Positions 12,039 to 27,683 of a DNA stretch of 64,000 nt are shown in pieces (position 1 is the first letter of the stretch; each line of letters opens with the position of its first letter). The position numbers and the translations under genes were made by a program. The notes beneath the pieces are model-generated. The model was not told the DNA's origin. It saw only the letters and a program-made list of their open reading frames with translations, and did no database searches. Source of the stretch: Haliotis rufescens (Eukaryota); the NCBI RefSeq assembly GCF_023055435.1, contig NW_025963779.1, forward strand, positions 81,344,001 to 81,408,000. The letters are read 5' to 3'.

Positions 12039-12577
12039 TTAGTAGTAGCCATATCCAATACCTGCAACAAAAAGAAGAGGTTTTTGTTTAAGAATATTTT
12101 CCGTACAAAGTCATTTCTACGTCTCGTAATAATTTCTATATTCAATATATCGATAGGTTAGTTATGCTGCATGTGTCCAATGAAGGTGGAAAATAAGTTT
12201 GGTGTAATTAGCTTACTTATAATCTGTCAAAGTATTAGGTATATGTGAGGGTCAATAATATTCTCGGCATGATTGTATTTGCATTTACCTTTTCCGAAAC
12301 CTCCGATTCCTCCGTACAGTCCTCCTAGTCCGTGGCCTCCGTATAGACCACCCATTCCGTAGCCTCCGTATAGACCACCCATTCCGTAGCCTCCGTACAG
12401 TCCTCCCAAACCGTAACCTCCGTACAGACCTCCCATTCCGAAGCCTCCGTACAGACCACCCATTCCGTAGCCTCCGTACAGACCACCCTTTCCGAAGCCT
12501 CCGTGCAGACCATAGCTCACAGGCTCAGCAAAGGCAGCGACAGCCAGACAGGCAACAAGGGCGATAACTTTCATCAT
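12039..12577 (-). CDS. Secreted Gly/Tyr-rich repeat protein, copy 4 (spliced, 103 aa)
   Basis: Same translation and splice sites (offset 11734). Confidence 0.92.
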
Positions 12578-15500
12578 TTTGGAAGGCTGAAAAGGAGTTT
12601 TTCATTCATTATTCAAGTCTGTAAGAAAATCCGTTTCTGTACCAACTTGTGGTCGCTATTCTACACTTTTTTATTTTGTTGCTTTAAGTAGAACTTTATC
12701 TGATTTGAAAACTAAAAACACATTTGGAGGATTCAATCAATATTACAAATAGTAATCAGTAAAAGTTTGAAATAGCATTACAGCAACAACTACTGACTAA
12801 CACTCATAAAACGGCAACGTAAAATACAGCGTTAACAGCGACAGGCTGAATACCCCGTAAAACACAAAACAACTGATACTCACAGAGTGTGTTGATTAGA
12901 CTGGATCTAAACGTGAAGAGAGGCGACAGCAGTGATAGCTAGTGCTTGAAAACAAGACGCTTATATACACCTGTATTCGGTCCACACCCGGAACTGACTA
13001 ATTATAAGTATATTATCTAATTCAGCACCAATTTGCAACACCTTTTAAGAATCATTGCTAACAGAATTCCGTTTCCCTATGCCCCCAGGGACTATGTCCA
13101 ATGCAATGTATGTGTGTAGGTGCGAGCGAATGATTAGGGAAGTAATTACATCACTGACAAATGACCCGTGATGAAATTGCGTCGATATGCGTAGATTCGT
13201 GTATAAATACCGATACAGATGAGCATAGCCAGTCTTTTCCTATGTGGTCTGTGAAAAAACCCCAATTCTATCACAATGACCCAGTAACGGGTATTGTTAT
13301 AATTGTAATAATAAAAGACAGTGTGTAATTCATTTCACCTCCTAGATGGTTACTCTATAAAGTAATATCTCTTAAAGGAAAGTCTTCCCAAACATACATG
13401 GAGAGCAGGTTACCTTCCGAACATGGTGCTTCGATCCATTTTACCACCATTCATTTTCGACATGTGTATGTATAATATACATGGCTTTCCTAAAAGCTTA
13501 TAACTTTCCCCATTTCTAGGCATCGGTTTGGGATGGGTCGTTGTTGCTGCGCTGTGGATCCTTATATTTGATATTCATCTCACCTCTGACATTTAAATAA
13601 GGATTCGCTGACTTACATCGTATCTGCTCCTAATCATAAATTACTTNNNNNNNNNNNNNNNNNNNNNNNNNNNNNNNNNNNNNNNNNNNNNNNNNNNNNN
13701 NNNNNNNNNNNNNNNNNNNNNNNNNNNNNNNNNNNNNNNNNNNNNNNNNNNNNNNNNNNNNNNNNNNNNNNNNNNNNNNNNNNNNNNNNNNNNNNNNNNN
13801 NNNNNNNNNNNNNNACATTCTTGAAACTCTTGAACGACAAGGTGTCACCATATACTTTTGCATAGCCCATGGTATACTTTTATTAAGAACAACATTGACA
13901 AACGAACATTCTACTCATAATTTGATTAAGGCATGCAAGCCCTATATATTTCCTATCAATTCATTTATTTATACTTCACTATCTGGATGATAACTGCAAA
14001 TGATAATTATATTTAATGTAATGATGCTCCATGTTACGGTCATGAAGAAAAGTCAGTGCAGATTTAATGTTCACATTTCAGCAGTGACTCTTCACGCACG
14101 CCTCTAGTAACACGGTTAAAAAACCTGTTGAAACAGTTCCTGTTAAAGAACAGATCTCAATGTATTTCATATGTAGTGTGATCTACAAATGGAACCTGCA
14201 TTTCATAGAAAGAAATATATCATTGATTACAATGTAACAACATCGGAGCTCTGAAAGGGTCTTCCTATATCATTAATACTGAAAAAGAGGAATGTGCAGT
14301 GGGGAGTATGGCTAATCAAGGAGTTGTATGTAAGGTGAGGTGAGGTGATATGGGGTTTAACGTCGCGTCCAAGATTATTGCACTTATATAGCGACGTGCA
14401 TGCACGTGTATGTGTGTGTGTGGCTGCTTGTACTAGTCCGGACTGATGCCGATTTATAGTGCTAGCCCACTGAGATACCATGCCGCAGTTTAACATGAAT
14501 ACCCCTCTCAGACAGAGTATATTGACTCCGAGCCGACCAGTCCTTGTTTTAGCCCCTTAATGCCGAGCGCCAGACAGGGTAACAACAAGTATCATCTTTT
14601 AACGTCTTTTGGTATGACGCGGCTGGGGATCGAACCCCGGACCTTCCGCTCTCCGGGCGGACGCTCTACCATTAGACCACGGAGGCGGTCCAGTTGTATG
14701 TAAAGAGCATACGGCAAAGGGATAAATGTAGGATGGTAACTAAAGCTGCGGAATGGCTTGACTATGCAGCCACGGAATGGTACGACTGTATGGGGGCACA
14801 TTTCAAACCTTGTGACTGTCCATTCTTGCCATTACCAAAAACCTGTCGAGTCGTTTACTACTTTCCCAAGAAAGCTTAATAATAATCCTTACTTTTACAG
14901 ATGGCATATAGGTTTAGGTGCTTCTCACGTATAAAGAATGCCGACATTTGCATTTTTGTAAATTTCATCATGGACAGAGAGTGTTGGATACTACAGAAGA
15001 CTAATGGTAAACATTTGTTTGTGTGTTACCGAAGGCACACGATCAGGTGGCTATTATATATGAATATGTGACCTTGTTATGGAACATTAATTGCCAACTT
15101 CTGTTCTTGTTGTTTTCCAGACTACGTGCTTGTCGCTTTGTTTGTTTGTTTGTTTGTTTGTTTGTTTAACGCCGCACTCGACAATATTTCAGCTAAATTA
15201 CGGCGGTCTGTAAATATTCCAGTCTGGACCAGACAATCCAGTGATTGACACTATGAGCATCGATCTATGCAATCGGGATACAATAACATGCATCAACCAA
15301 GTCAGCAAGCCTGACCACCCGATCCCGTTGGTCGCCTCTTACAGCAAGCATGGGTTGCTGAAGACCTATATTCTAAACCGGATGCTCACGGATCCGGGCT
15401 GCAGGGACGAAAGTCAACACTGTAAAGTTGATCAATGTCATTGAGGAATATACATATCTGAACCTCCATATTGCATACAAACAACTTTCACGTGCGAATG

Positions 15501-15968
15501 AATGACACTTTTTTAGAATCCTACGCTATTTCTGTCAATAACAGGTACTCGGTGCCACATGCTTGTCGTAAGAGCTGACTTATGAAGGCGACCAGATGTT
15601 TATTGTGTGTGACCTGACTGATTGTGCGTCACCGTGCCGCATGGTTTTGTGCCTCTGCCATGGTGTAATTTGACAAAGGCTGACTGTAGCGTTAAACAAC
15701 ACTCTCTCATTCACCCACTCATTCGCTCATGCCAGTAAACTAGTATACGCGTTTCTCTTTCATTTTGATGATTTATATCTCACTGTTCCGATACAACTCT
15801 CTTAATAACATTTTTTTCCTTTTGTAACCTAGCCCCAACACTACTATGAATAAAAAACGTGTGACATTGTTTCAATGATTGTGTTTTATGTGACATATTT
15901 CAAACCGGATACAATAAATAATGTACATATTGATGATGCAGATGAATTGTGACACTGGAGCGACAACC

Positions 15969-16507
15969 TTAGTAGTAGCCATATCCAATACCTGCAACAA
16001 AAAGAAGAGGTTTTTGTTTAAGAATATTTTCCGTACAAAGTCATTTCTACGTCTCGTAATAATTTCTATATTCAATATATCGATAGGTTAGTTATGCTGC
16101 ATGTGTCCAATGAAGGTGGAAAATAAGTTTGGTGTAATTAGCTTACTTATAATCTGTCAAAGTATTAGGTATATGTGAGGGTCAATAATATTCTCGGCAT
16201 GATTGTATTTGCATTTACCTTTTCCGAAACCTCCGATTCCTCCGTACAGTCCTCCTAGTCCGTGGCCTCCGTATAGACCACCCATTCCGTAGCCTCCGTA
16301 TAGACCACCCATTCCGTAGCCTCCGTACAGTCCTCCCAAACCGTAACCTCCGTACAGACCTCCCATTCCGAAGCCTCCGTACAGACCACCCATTCCGTAG
16401 CCTCCGTACAGACCACCCTTTCCGAAGCCTCCGTGCAGACCATAGCTCACAGGCTCAGCAAAGGCAGCGACAGCCAGACAGGCAACAAGGGCGATAACTT
16501 TCATCAT
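15969..16507 (-). CDS. Secreted Gly/Tyr-rich repeat protein, copy 5 (spliced, 103 aa)
   Basis: Same translation and splice sites (offset 15664). Confidence 0.92.
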
Positions 16508-19500
16508 TTTGGAAGGCTGAAAAGGAGTTTTTCATTCATTATTCAAGTCTGTAAGAAAATCCGTTTCTGTACCAACTTGTGGTCGCTATTCTACACTTTT
16601 TTATTTTGTTGCTTTAAGTAGAACTTTATCTGATTTGAAAACTAAAAACACATTTGGAGGATTCAATCAATATTACAAATAGTAATCAGTAAAAGTTTGA
16701 AATAGCATTACAGCAACAACTACTGACTAACACACATAAAACGGCAACGTAAAATACAGCGTTAACAGCGACAGGCTGAATACCCCGTAAAACACAAAAC
16801 AACTGATACTCACAGAGTGTGTTGATTAGACTGGATCTAAACGTGAAGAGAGGCGACAGCAGTGATAGCTAGTGCTTGAAAACAAGACGCTTATATACAC
16901 CTGTATTCGGTCCACACCCGGAACTGACTAATTATAAGTATATTATCTAATTCAGCACCAATTTGCAACACCTTTTAAGAATCATTGCTAACAGAATTCC
17001 GTTTCCCTATGCCCCCAGGGACTATGTCCAATGCAATGTATGTGTGTAGGTGCGGGAGAATGATTAGGGAAGTAATTACATCACTGACAAATGACCCGTG
17101 ATGAAATTGCGTCGATATGCGTAGATTCGTGTATAAATACCGATACAGATGAGCATAGCCAGTCTTTTCCTATGTGGTCTGTGAAAAAAAACAATTCTAT
17201 CACAATGACCCAGTAACGGGTATTGTTATAATTGTAATAATAAAAGACAGTGTGTAATTCATTTCACCTCCTAGATGGTTACTCTATAAAGTAATATCTC
17301 TTAAAGGAAAGTCTTCCCAAACATACATGGAGAGCAGGTTACCTTCCGAACATGGTGCTTCGATCCATTTTACCACCATTCATTTTCGACATGTGTATGT
17401 ATAATATACATGGCTTTCCTAAAAGCTTATAACTTTCCCCATTTCTAGGCATCGGTTTGGGATGGGTCGTTGTTGCTGCGCTGTGGATCCTTATATTTGA
17501 TATTCATCTCACCTCTGACATTTAAATAAGGATTCGCTGACTTACATCGTATCTGCTCCTAATCATAAATTACTTNNNNNNNNNNNNNNNNNNNNNNNNN
17601 NNNNNNNNNNNNNNNNNNNNNNNNNNNNNNNNNNNNNNNNNNNNNNNNNNNNNNNNNNNNNNNNNNNNNNNNNNNNNNNNNNNNNNNNNNNNNNNNNNNN
17701 NNNNNNNNNNNNNNNNNNNNNNNNNNNNNNNNNNNNNNNNNNNNNNNNNNNNNNNNNNNNNACATTCTTGAAACTCTTGAACGACAAGGTGTCACCATAT
17801 ACTTTTGCATAGCCCATGGTATACTTTTATTAAGAACAACATTGACAAACGAACATTCTACTCATAATTTGATTAAGGCATGCAAGCCCTATATATTTCC
17901 TATCAATTCATTTATTTATACTTCACTATCTGGATGATAACTGCAAATGATAATTATATTTAATGTAATGATGCTCCATGTTACGGTCATGAAGAAAAGT
18001 CAGTGCAGATTTAATGTTCACATTTCAGCAGTGACTCTTCACGCACGCCTCTAGTAACACGGTTAAAAAACCTGTTGAAACAGTTCCTGTTAAAGAACAG
18101 ATCTCAATGTATTTCATATGTAGTGTGATCTACAAATGGAACCTGCATTTCATAGAAAGAAATATATCATTGATTACAATGTAACAACATCGGAGCTCTG
18201 AAAGGGTCTTCCTATATCATTAATACTGAAAAAGAGGAATGTGCAGTGGGGAGTATGGCTAATCAAGGAGTTGTATGTAAGGTGAGGTGAGGTGATATGG
18301 GGTTTAACGTCGCGTCCAAGATTATTGCACTTATATAGCGACGTGCATGCACGTGTATGTGTGTGTGTGGCTGCTTGTACTAGTCCGGACTGATGCCGAT
18401 TTATAGTGCTAGCCCACTGAGATACCATGCCGCAGTTTAACATGAATACCCCTCTCAGACAGAGTATATTGACTCCGAGCCGACCAGTCCTTGTTTTAGC
18501 CCCTTAATGCCGAGCGCCAGACAGGGTAACAACAAGTATCATCTTTTAACGTCTTTTGGTATGACGCGGCTGGGGATCGAACCCCGGACCTTCCGCTCTC
18601 CGGGCGGACGCTCTACCATTAGACCACGGAGGCGGTCCAGTTGTATGTAAAGAGCATACGGCAAAGGGATAAATGTAGGATGGTAACTAAAGCTGCGGAA
18701 TGGCTTGACTATGCAGCCACGGAATGGTACGACTGTATGGGGGCACATTTCAAACCTTGTGACTGTCCATTCTTGCCATTACCAAAAACCTGTCGAGTCG
18801 TTTACTACTTTCCCAAGAAAGCTTAATAATAATCCTTACTTTTACAGATGGCATATAGGTTTAGGTGCTTCTCACGTATAAAGAATGCCGACATTTGCAT
18901 TTTTGTAAATTTCATCATGGACAGAGAGTGTTGGATACTACAGAAGACTAATGGTAAACATTTGTTTGTGTGTTACCGAAGGCACACGATCAGGTGGCTA
19001 TTATATATGAATATGTGACCTTGTTATGGAACATTAATTGCCAACTTCTGTTCTTGTTGTTTTCCAGACTACATGCTTGTCGCTTTGTTTGTTTGTTTGT
19101 TTGTTTGTTTGTTTAACGCCGCACTCGACAATATTTCAGCTAAATTACGGCGGTCTGTAAATATTCCAGTCTGGACCAGACAATCCAGTGATTGACACTA
19201 TGAGCATCGATCTATGCAATCGGGATACAATAACATGCATCAACCAAGTCAGCAAGCCTGACCACCCGATCCCGTTGGTCGCCTCTTACAGCAAGCATGG
19301 GTTGCTGAAGACCTATATTCTAAACCGGATGCTCACGGATCCGGGCTGCAGGGACGAAAGTCAACACTGTAAAGTTGATCAATGTCATTGAGGAATATAC
19401 ATATCTGAACCTCCATATTGCATACAAACAACTTTCACGTGCGAATGAATGACACTTTTTTAGAATCCTACGCTATTTCTGTCAATAACAGGTACTCGGT

Positions 19501-19915
19501 GCCACATGCTTGTCGTAAGAGCTGACTTATGAAGGCGACCAGATGTTTATTGTGTGTGACCTGACTGATTGTGCGTCACCGTGCCGCATGGTTTTGTGCC
19601 TCTGCCATGGTGTAATTTGACAAAGGCTGACTGTAGCGTTAAACAACACTCTCTCATTCACCCACTCATTCGCTCATGCCAGTAAACTAGTATACGCGTT
19701 TCTCTTTCATTTTGATGATTTATATCTCACTGTTCCGATACAACTCTCTTAATAACATTTTTTTCCTTTTGTAACCTAGCCCCAACACTACTATGAATAA
19801 AAAACGTAAGACATTGTTTCAATGATTGTGTTTTATGTGACATATTTCAAACCGGATACAATAAATAATGTACATATTGATGATGCAGATGAATTGTGAC
19901 ACTGGAGCGACAACC

Positions 19916-20454
19916 TTAGTAGTAGCCATATCCAATACCTGCAACAAAAAGAAGAGGTTTTTGTTTAAGAATATTTTCCGTACAAAGTCATTTCTACGTC
20001 TCGTAATAATTTCTATATTCAATATATCGATAGGTTAGTTATGCTGCATGTGTCCAATGAAGGTGGAAAATAAGTTTGGTGTAATTAGCTTACTTATAAT
20101 CTGTCAAAGTATTAGGTATATGTGAGGGTCAATAATATTCTCGGCATGATTGTATTTGCATTTACCTTTTCCGAAACCTCCGATTCCTCCGTACAGTCCT
20201 CCTAGTCCGTGGCCTCCGTATAGACCACCCATTCCGTAGCCTCCGTATAGACCACCCATTCCGTAGCCTCCGTACAGTCCTCCCAAACCGTAACCTCCGT
20301 ACAGACCTCCCATTCCGAAGCCTCCGTACAGACCACCCATTCCGTAGCCTCCGTACAGACCACCCTTTCCGAAGCCTCCGTGCAGACCATAGCTCACAGG
20401 CTCAGCAAAGGCAGCGACAGCCAGACAGGCAACAAGGGCGATAACTTTCATCAT
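19916..20454 (-). CDS. Secreted Gly/Tyr-rich repeat protein, copy 6 (spliced, 103 aa)
   Basis: Same translation and splice sites (offset 19611). Confidence 0.92.
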
Positions 20455-21539
20455 TTTGGAAGGCTGAAAAGGAGTTTTTCATTCATTATTCAAGTCTGTA
20501 AGAAAATCCGTTTCTGTACCAACTTGTGGTCGCTATTCTACACTTTTTTATTTTGTTGCTTTAAGTAGAACTTTATCTGATTTGAAAACTAAAAACACAT
20601 TTGGAGGATTCAATCAATATTACAAATAGTAATCAGTAAAAGTTTGAAATAGCATTACAGCAACAACTACTGACTAACACTCATAAAACGGCAACGTAAA
20701 ATACAGCGTTAACAGCGACAGGCTGAATACCCCGTAAAACACAAAACAACTGATACTCACAGAGTGTGTTGATTAGACTGGATCTAAACGTGAAGAGAGG
20801 CGACAGCAGTGATAGCTAGTGCTTGAAAACAAGACGCTTATATACACCTGTATTCGGTCCACACCCGGAACTGACTAATTACAAGTATATTATCTAATTC
20901 AGCACCAATTTGCAACACCTTTTAAGAATCATTGCTAACAGAATTCCGTTTCCCTATGCCCCCAGGGACTATGTCCAATGCAATGTATGTGTGTAGGTGC
21001 GGGAGAATGATTAGGGAAGTAATTACATCACTGACAAATGACCCGTGATGAAATTGCGTCGATATGCGTAGATTCGTGTATAAATACCGATACAGATGAG
21101 CATAGCCAGTCTTTTCCTATGTGGTCTGTGAAAAAAAACAATTCTATCACAATGACCCAGTAACGGGTATTGTTATAATTGTAATAATAAAAGACAGTGT
21201 GTAATTCATTTCACCTCCTAGATGGTTACTCTATAAAGTAATATCTCTTAAAGGAAAGTCTTCCCAAACATACATGGAGAGCAGGTTACCTTCCGAACAT
21301 GGTGCTTCGATCCATTTTACCACCATTCATTTTCGACATGTGTATGTATAATATACATGGCTTTCCTAAAAGCTTATAACTTTCCCCATTTCTAGGCATC
21401 GGTTTGGGATGGGTCGTTGTTGCTGCGCTGTGGATCCTTATATTTGATATTCATCTCACCTCTGACATTTAAATAAGGATTCGCTGACTTACATCGTATC
21501 TGCTCCTAATCATAAATTACTTAATTCAAAACACAGACT

Positions 21540-21542
<3 letters not shown>

Positions 21543-21591
<49 letters not shown>

Positions 21592-21615
21592 CTCTCTCTC
21601 TCTCTCTCTCTCTCT
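21543..21615. repeat. (CT)n microsatellite of the array unit (resolved here, at ~25423-25505 and ~40719-40809; N-masked in 7 units; deleted in spacer 10)
   Basis: Directly visible; its flanks match those of the N runs. Confidence 0.95.
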
Positions 21616-23794
21616 GTATATATGTACGCCCTCTGCTAAAACATTCTTGAAACTCTTGAACGACAAGGTGTCACCATATACTTTTGCATAGCCCATGGTA
21701 TACTTTTATTAAGAACAACATTGACAAACGAACATTCTACTCATAATTTGATTAAGGCATGCAAGCCCTATATATTTCCTATCAATTCATTTATTTATAC
21801 TTCACTATCTGGATGATAACTGCAAATGATAATTATATTTAATGTAATGATGCTCCATGTTACGGTCATGAAGAAAAGTCAGTGCAGATTTAATGTTCAC
21901 ATTTCAGCAGTGACTCTTCACGCACGCCTCTAGTAACACGGTTAAAAAACCTGTTGAAACAGTTCCTGTTAAAGAACAGATCTCAATGTATTTCATATGT
22001 AGTGTGATCTACAAATGGAACCTGCATTTCATAGAAAGAAATATATCATTGATTACAATGTAACAACATCGGAGCTCTGAAAGGGTCTTCCTATATCATT
22101 AATACTGAAAAAGAGGAATGTGCAGTGGGGAGTATGGCTAATCAAGGAGTTGTATGTAAGGTGAGGTGAGGTGATATGGGGTTTAACGTCGCGTCCAAGA
22201 TTATTGCACTTATATAGCGACGTGCATGCACGTGTATGTGTGTGTGTGGCTGCTTGTACTAGTCCGGACTGATGCCGATTTATAGTGCTAGCCCACTGAG
22301 ATACCATGCCGCAGTTTAACATGAATACCCCACTCAGACAGAGTATATTGACTCCGAGCCGACCAGTCCTTGTTTTAGCCCCTTAATGCCGAGCGCCAGA
22401 CAGGGTAACAACAAGTATCATCTTTTAACGTCTTTTGGTATGACGCGGCTGGGGATCGAACCCCGGACCTTCCGCTCTCCGGGCGGACGCTCTACCATTA
22501 GACCACGGAGGCGGTCCAGTTGTATGTAAAGAGCATACGGGAAAGGGATAAATGTAGGATGATAACTAAAGCTGCGGAATGGCTTGACTATGCAGCCACG
22601 GAATGGTACGACTGTATGGGGGCACATTTCAAACCTTGTGACTGTCCATTCTTGCCATTACCAAAAACCTGTCGAGTCGTTTACTACTTTCCCAAGAAAG
22701 CTTAATAATAATCCTTACTTTTACAGATGGCATATAGGTTTAGGTGCTTCTCACGTATAAAGAATGCCGACATTTGCATTTTTGTAAATTTCATCATGGA
22801 CAGAGAGTGTTGGATACTACAGAAGACTAATGGTAAACATTTGTTTGTGTGTTACCGAAGGCACACGATCAGGTGGCTATTATATATGAATATGTGACCT
22901 TGTTATGGAACATTAATTGCCAACTTCTGTTCTTGTTGTTTTCCAGACTAAGTGCTTGTCGCTTTGTTTGTTTGTTTGTTTGTTTGTTTGTTTAACGCCG
23001 CACTCGACAATATTTCAGCTAAATTACGGCGGTCTGTAAATATTCCAGTCTGGACCAGACAATCCAGTGATTGACACTATGAGCATCGATCTATGCAATC
23101 GGGATACAATAACATGCATCAACCAAGTCAGCAAGCCTGACCACCCGATCCCGTTAGTCGCCTCTTACAGCAAGCATGGGTTGCTGAAGACCTATATTCT
23201 AAACCGGATGCTCACGGATCCGGGCTGCAGGGACGAAAGTCAACACTGTAAAGTTGATCAATGTCATTGAGGAATATACATATCTGAACCTCCATATTGC
23301 ATACAAACAACTTTCACGTGCGAATGAATGACACTTTTTTAGAATCCTGCGCTATTTCTGTCAATAACAGGTACTCGGTGCCACATGCTTGTCGTAAGAG
23401 CTGACTTATGAAGGCGACCAGATGTTTATTGTGTGTGACCTGACTGATTGTGCGTCACCGTGCCGCATGGTTTTGTGCCTCTGCCATGGTGTAATTTGAC
23501 AAAGGCTGACTGTAGCGTTAAACAACACTCTCTCATTCACCCACTCATTCGCTCATGCCAGTAAACTAGTATACGCGTTTCTCTTTCATTTTGATGATTT
23601 ATATCTCACTGTTCCGATACAACTCTCTTAATAACATTTTTTTCCTTTTGTAACCTAGCCCCAACACTACTATGAATAAAAAACGTAAGACATTGTTTCA
23701 ATGATTGTGTTTTATGTGACATATTTCAAACCGGATACAATAAATAATGTACATATTGATGATGCAGATGAATTGTGACACTGGAGCGACAACC

Positions 23795-24333
23795 TTAGTA
23801 GTAGCCATATCCAATACCTGCAACAAAGAGAAGAGGTTTTTGTTTAAGAATATTTTCCGTACAAAGTCATTTCTACGTCTCGTAATAATTTCTATATTCA
23901 ATATATCGATAGGTTAGTTATGCTGCATGTGTCCAATGAAGGTGCAAAATAAGTTTGGTGTAATTAGCTTACTTATAATCTGTCAAAGTATTAGGTATAT
24001 GTGAGGGTCAATAATATTCTCGGCATGATTGTATTTGCATTTACCTTTTCCGAAACCTCCGATTCCTCCGTACAGTCCTCCTAGTCCGTGGCCTCCGTAT
24101 AGACCACCCATTCCGTAGCCTCCGTATAGACCACCCATTCCGTAGCCTCCGTACAGTCCTCCCAAACCGTAACCTCCGTACAGACCTCCCATTCCGAAGC
24201 CTCCGTACAGACCACCCATTCCGTAGCCTCCGTACAGACCACCCTTTCCGAAGCCTCCGTGCAGACCATAGCTCACAGGCTCAGCAAAGGCAGCGACAGC
24301 CAGACAGGCAACAAGGGCGATAACTTTCATCAT
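23795..24333 (-). CDS. Secreted Gly/Tyr-rich repeat protein, copy 7 (spliced, 103 aa)
   Basis: Same translation and splice sites (offset 23490). Confidence 0.92.
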
Positions 24334-25419
24334 TTTGGAAGGCTGAAAAGGAGTTTTTCATTCATTATTCAAGTCTGTAAGAAAATCCGTTTCTGTACCA
24401 ACTTGTGGTCGCTATTCTACACTTTTTTATTTTGTTGCTTTAAGTAGAACTTTATCTGATTTGAAAACTAAAAACACATTTGGAGGATTCAATCAATATT
24501 ACAAATAGTAATCAGTAAAAGTTTGAAATAGCATTACAGCAACAACTACTGACTAACACTCATAAAACGGCAACGTAAAATACAGCGTTAACAGCGACAG
24601 GCTGAATACCCCGTAAAACACAAAACAACTGATACTCACAGAGTGTGTTGATTAGACTGGATCTAAACGTGAAGAGAGGCGACAGCAGTGATAGCTAGTG
24701 CTTGAAAACAAGACGCTTATATACACCTGTATTCGGTCCACACCCGGAACTGAGTAATTACAAGTATATTATCTAATTCAGCACCAATTTGCAACACCTT
24801 TTAAGAATCATTGCTAACAGAATTCCGTTTCCCTATGCCCCCAGGGACTATGTCCAATGCAATGTATGTGTGTAGGTGCGGGAGAATGATTAGGGAAGTA
24901 ATTACATCACTGACAAATGACCCGTGATGAAATTGCGTCGATATGCGTAGATTCGTATATAAATACCGATACAGATGAGCATAGCCAGTCTTTTCCTATG
25001 TGGTCTGTGAAAAAACCCCAATTCTATCACAATGACCCAGTAACGGGTATTGTTATAATTGTAATAATAAAAGACAGTGTGTAATTCATTTCACCTCCTA
25101 GATGGTTACTCTATAAAGTAATATCTCTTAAAGGAAAGTCTTCCCAAACATACATGGAGAGCAGGTTACCTTCCAAACATGGTGCTTCGATCCATTTTAC
25201 CACCATTCTTTTTCGACATGTGTATGTATAATATACATGGCTTTCCTAAAAGCTTATAACTTTCCCCATTTCTAGGCATCGGTTTGGGATGGGTCGTTGT
25301 TGCTGCGCTGTGGATCCTTATATTTGATATTTATCTCACCTCTGACATTTAAATAAGGATTCGCTGACTTACATCGTATCTGCTCCTAATCATAAATTAC
25401 TTAATTCAAAACACAGACT

Positions 25420-25509
<90 letters not shown>

Positions 25510-27683
25510 ATATGTACGCCCTCTGCTAAAACATTCTTGAAACTCTTGAACGACAAGGTGTCACCATATACTTTTGCATAGCCCATGGTATACTTTTATT
25601 AAGAACAACATTGACAAACGAACATTCTACTCATAATTTGATTAAGGCATGCAAGCCCTATATATTTCCTATCAATTCATTTATTTATACTTCACTATCT
25701 GGATGATAACTGCAAATGATAATTATATTTAATGTAATGATGCTCCATGTTACGGTCATGAAGAAAAGTCAGTGCAGATTTAATGTTCACATTTCAGCAG
25801 TGACTCTTCACGCACGCCTCTAGTAACACGGTTAAAAAACCTGTTGAAACAGTTCCTGTTAAAGAACAGATCTCAATGTATTTCATATGTAGTGTGATCT
25901 ACAAATGGAACCTGCATTTCATAGAAAGAAATATATCATTGATTACAATGTAACAACATCGGAGCTCTGAAAGGGTCTTCCTATATCATTAATACTGAAA
26001 AAGAGGAATGTGCAGTGGGGAGTATGGCTAATCAAGGAGTTGTATGTAAGGTGAGGTGAGGTGATATGGGGTTTAACGTCGTGTCCAAGATTATTGCACT
26101 TATATAGCGACGTGCATGCACGTGTATGTGTGTGTGTGGCTGCTTGTACTAGTCCGGACTGATGCCGATTTATAGTGCTAGCCCACTGAGATACCATGCC
26201 GCAGTTTAACATGAATACCCCACTCAGACAGAGTATATTGACTTCGAGCCGACCAGTCCTTGTTTTAGCCCCTTAATGCCGAGCGCCAGACAGGGTAACA
26301 ACAAGTATCATCTTTTAACGTCTTTTGGTATGACGCGGCTGGGGATCGAACCCCGGACCTTCCGCTCTCCGGGCGGACGCTCTACCATTAGACCACGGAG
26401 GCGGTCCAGTTGTATGTAAAGAGCATACGGCAAAGGGATAAATGTAGGATGATAACTAAAGCTACGGAATGGCTTGACTATGCAGCCACGGAATGGTACG
26501 ACTGTATGGGGGCACATTTCAAACCTTGTGACTGTCCATTCTTGCCATTACCAAAAACCTGTCGAGTCGTTTACTACTTTCCCAAGAAAGCTTAATAATA
26601 ATCCTTACTTTTACAGATGGCATATAGGTTTAGGTGCTTCTCACGTATAAAGAATGCCGACATTTGCATTTTTGTAAATTTCATCATCGACAGAGAGTGT
26701 TAGATACTACAGAAGACTAATGGTAAACATTTGTTTGTGTGTTACCGAAGGCACACGATCAGGTGGCTATTATATATGAATATGTGACCTTGTTATGGAA
26801 CATTAATTGCCAACTTCTGTTCTTGTTGTTTTCCAGACTACGTGCTTGTCGCTTTGTTTGTTTGTTTGTTTGTTTGTTTGTTTAACGCCGCACTCGACAA
26901 TATTTCAGCTAAATTACGGCGGTCTGTAAATATTCCAGTCTGGACCAGACAATCCAGTGATGACACTATGAGCATCGATCTACGCAATCGGGATACAATA
27001 ACATGCATCAACCAAGTCAGCAAGCCTGACCACCCGATCCCGTTAGTCGCCTCTTACAGCAAGCATGGGTTGCTGAAGACCTATATTCTAAACCGGATGC
27101 TCACGGATCCGGGCTGCAGGGACGAGAGTCAACACTGTAAAGTTGATCAATGTCATTGAGGAATATACATATCTGAACCACCATATTGCATACAAACAAC
27201 TTTCACGTGCGAATGAATGACACTTTTTTAGAATCCTACGCTATTTCTGTCAATAACAGGTACTCGGTGCCACATGCTTGTCGTAAGAGCTGACTTATGA
27301 AGGCGACCAGATGTTTATTGTGTGTGACCTGACTGATTGTGCGTCACCGTGCCGCATGGTTTTGTGCCTCTGCCATGGTGTAATTTGACAAAGGCTGACT
27401 GTAGCGTTAAACAACACTCTCTCATTCACCCACTCATTCGCTCATGCCAGCAAACTAGTATACGCGTTTCTCTTTCATTTTGATGATTTATATCTCACTG
27501 TTCCGATACAACTCTCTTAATAACATTTTTTTCCTTTTGTAACCTAGCCCCAACACTACTATGAATAAAAAACGTAAGACATTGTTTCAATGATTGTGTT
27601 TAATGTGACATATTTCAAACCGGATACAATAAATAATGTACATATTGATGATGCAGATGAATTGTGACACTGGAGCGACAACC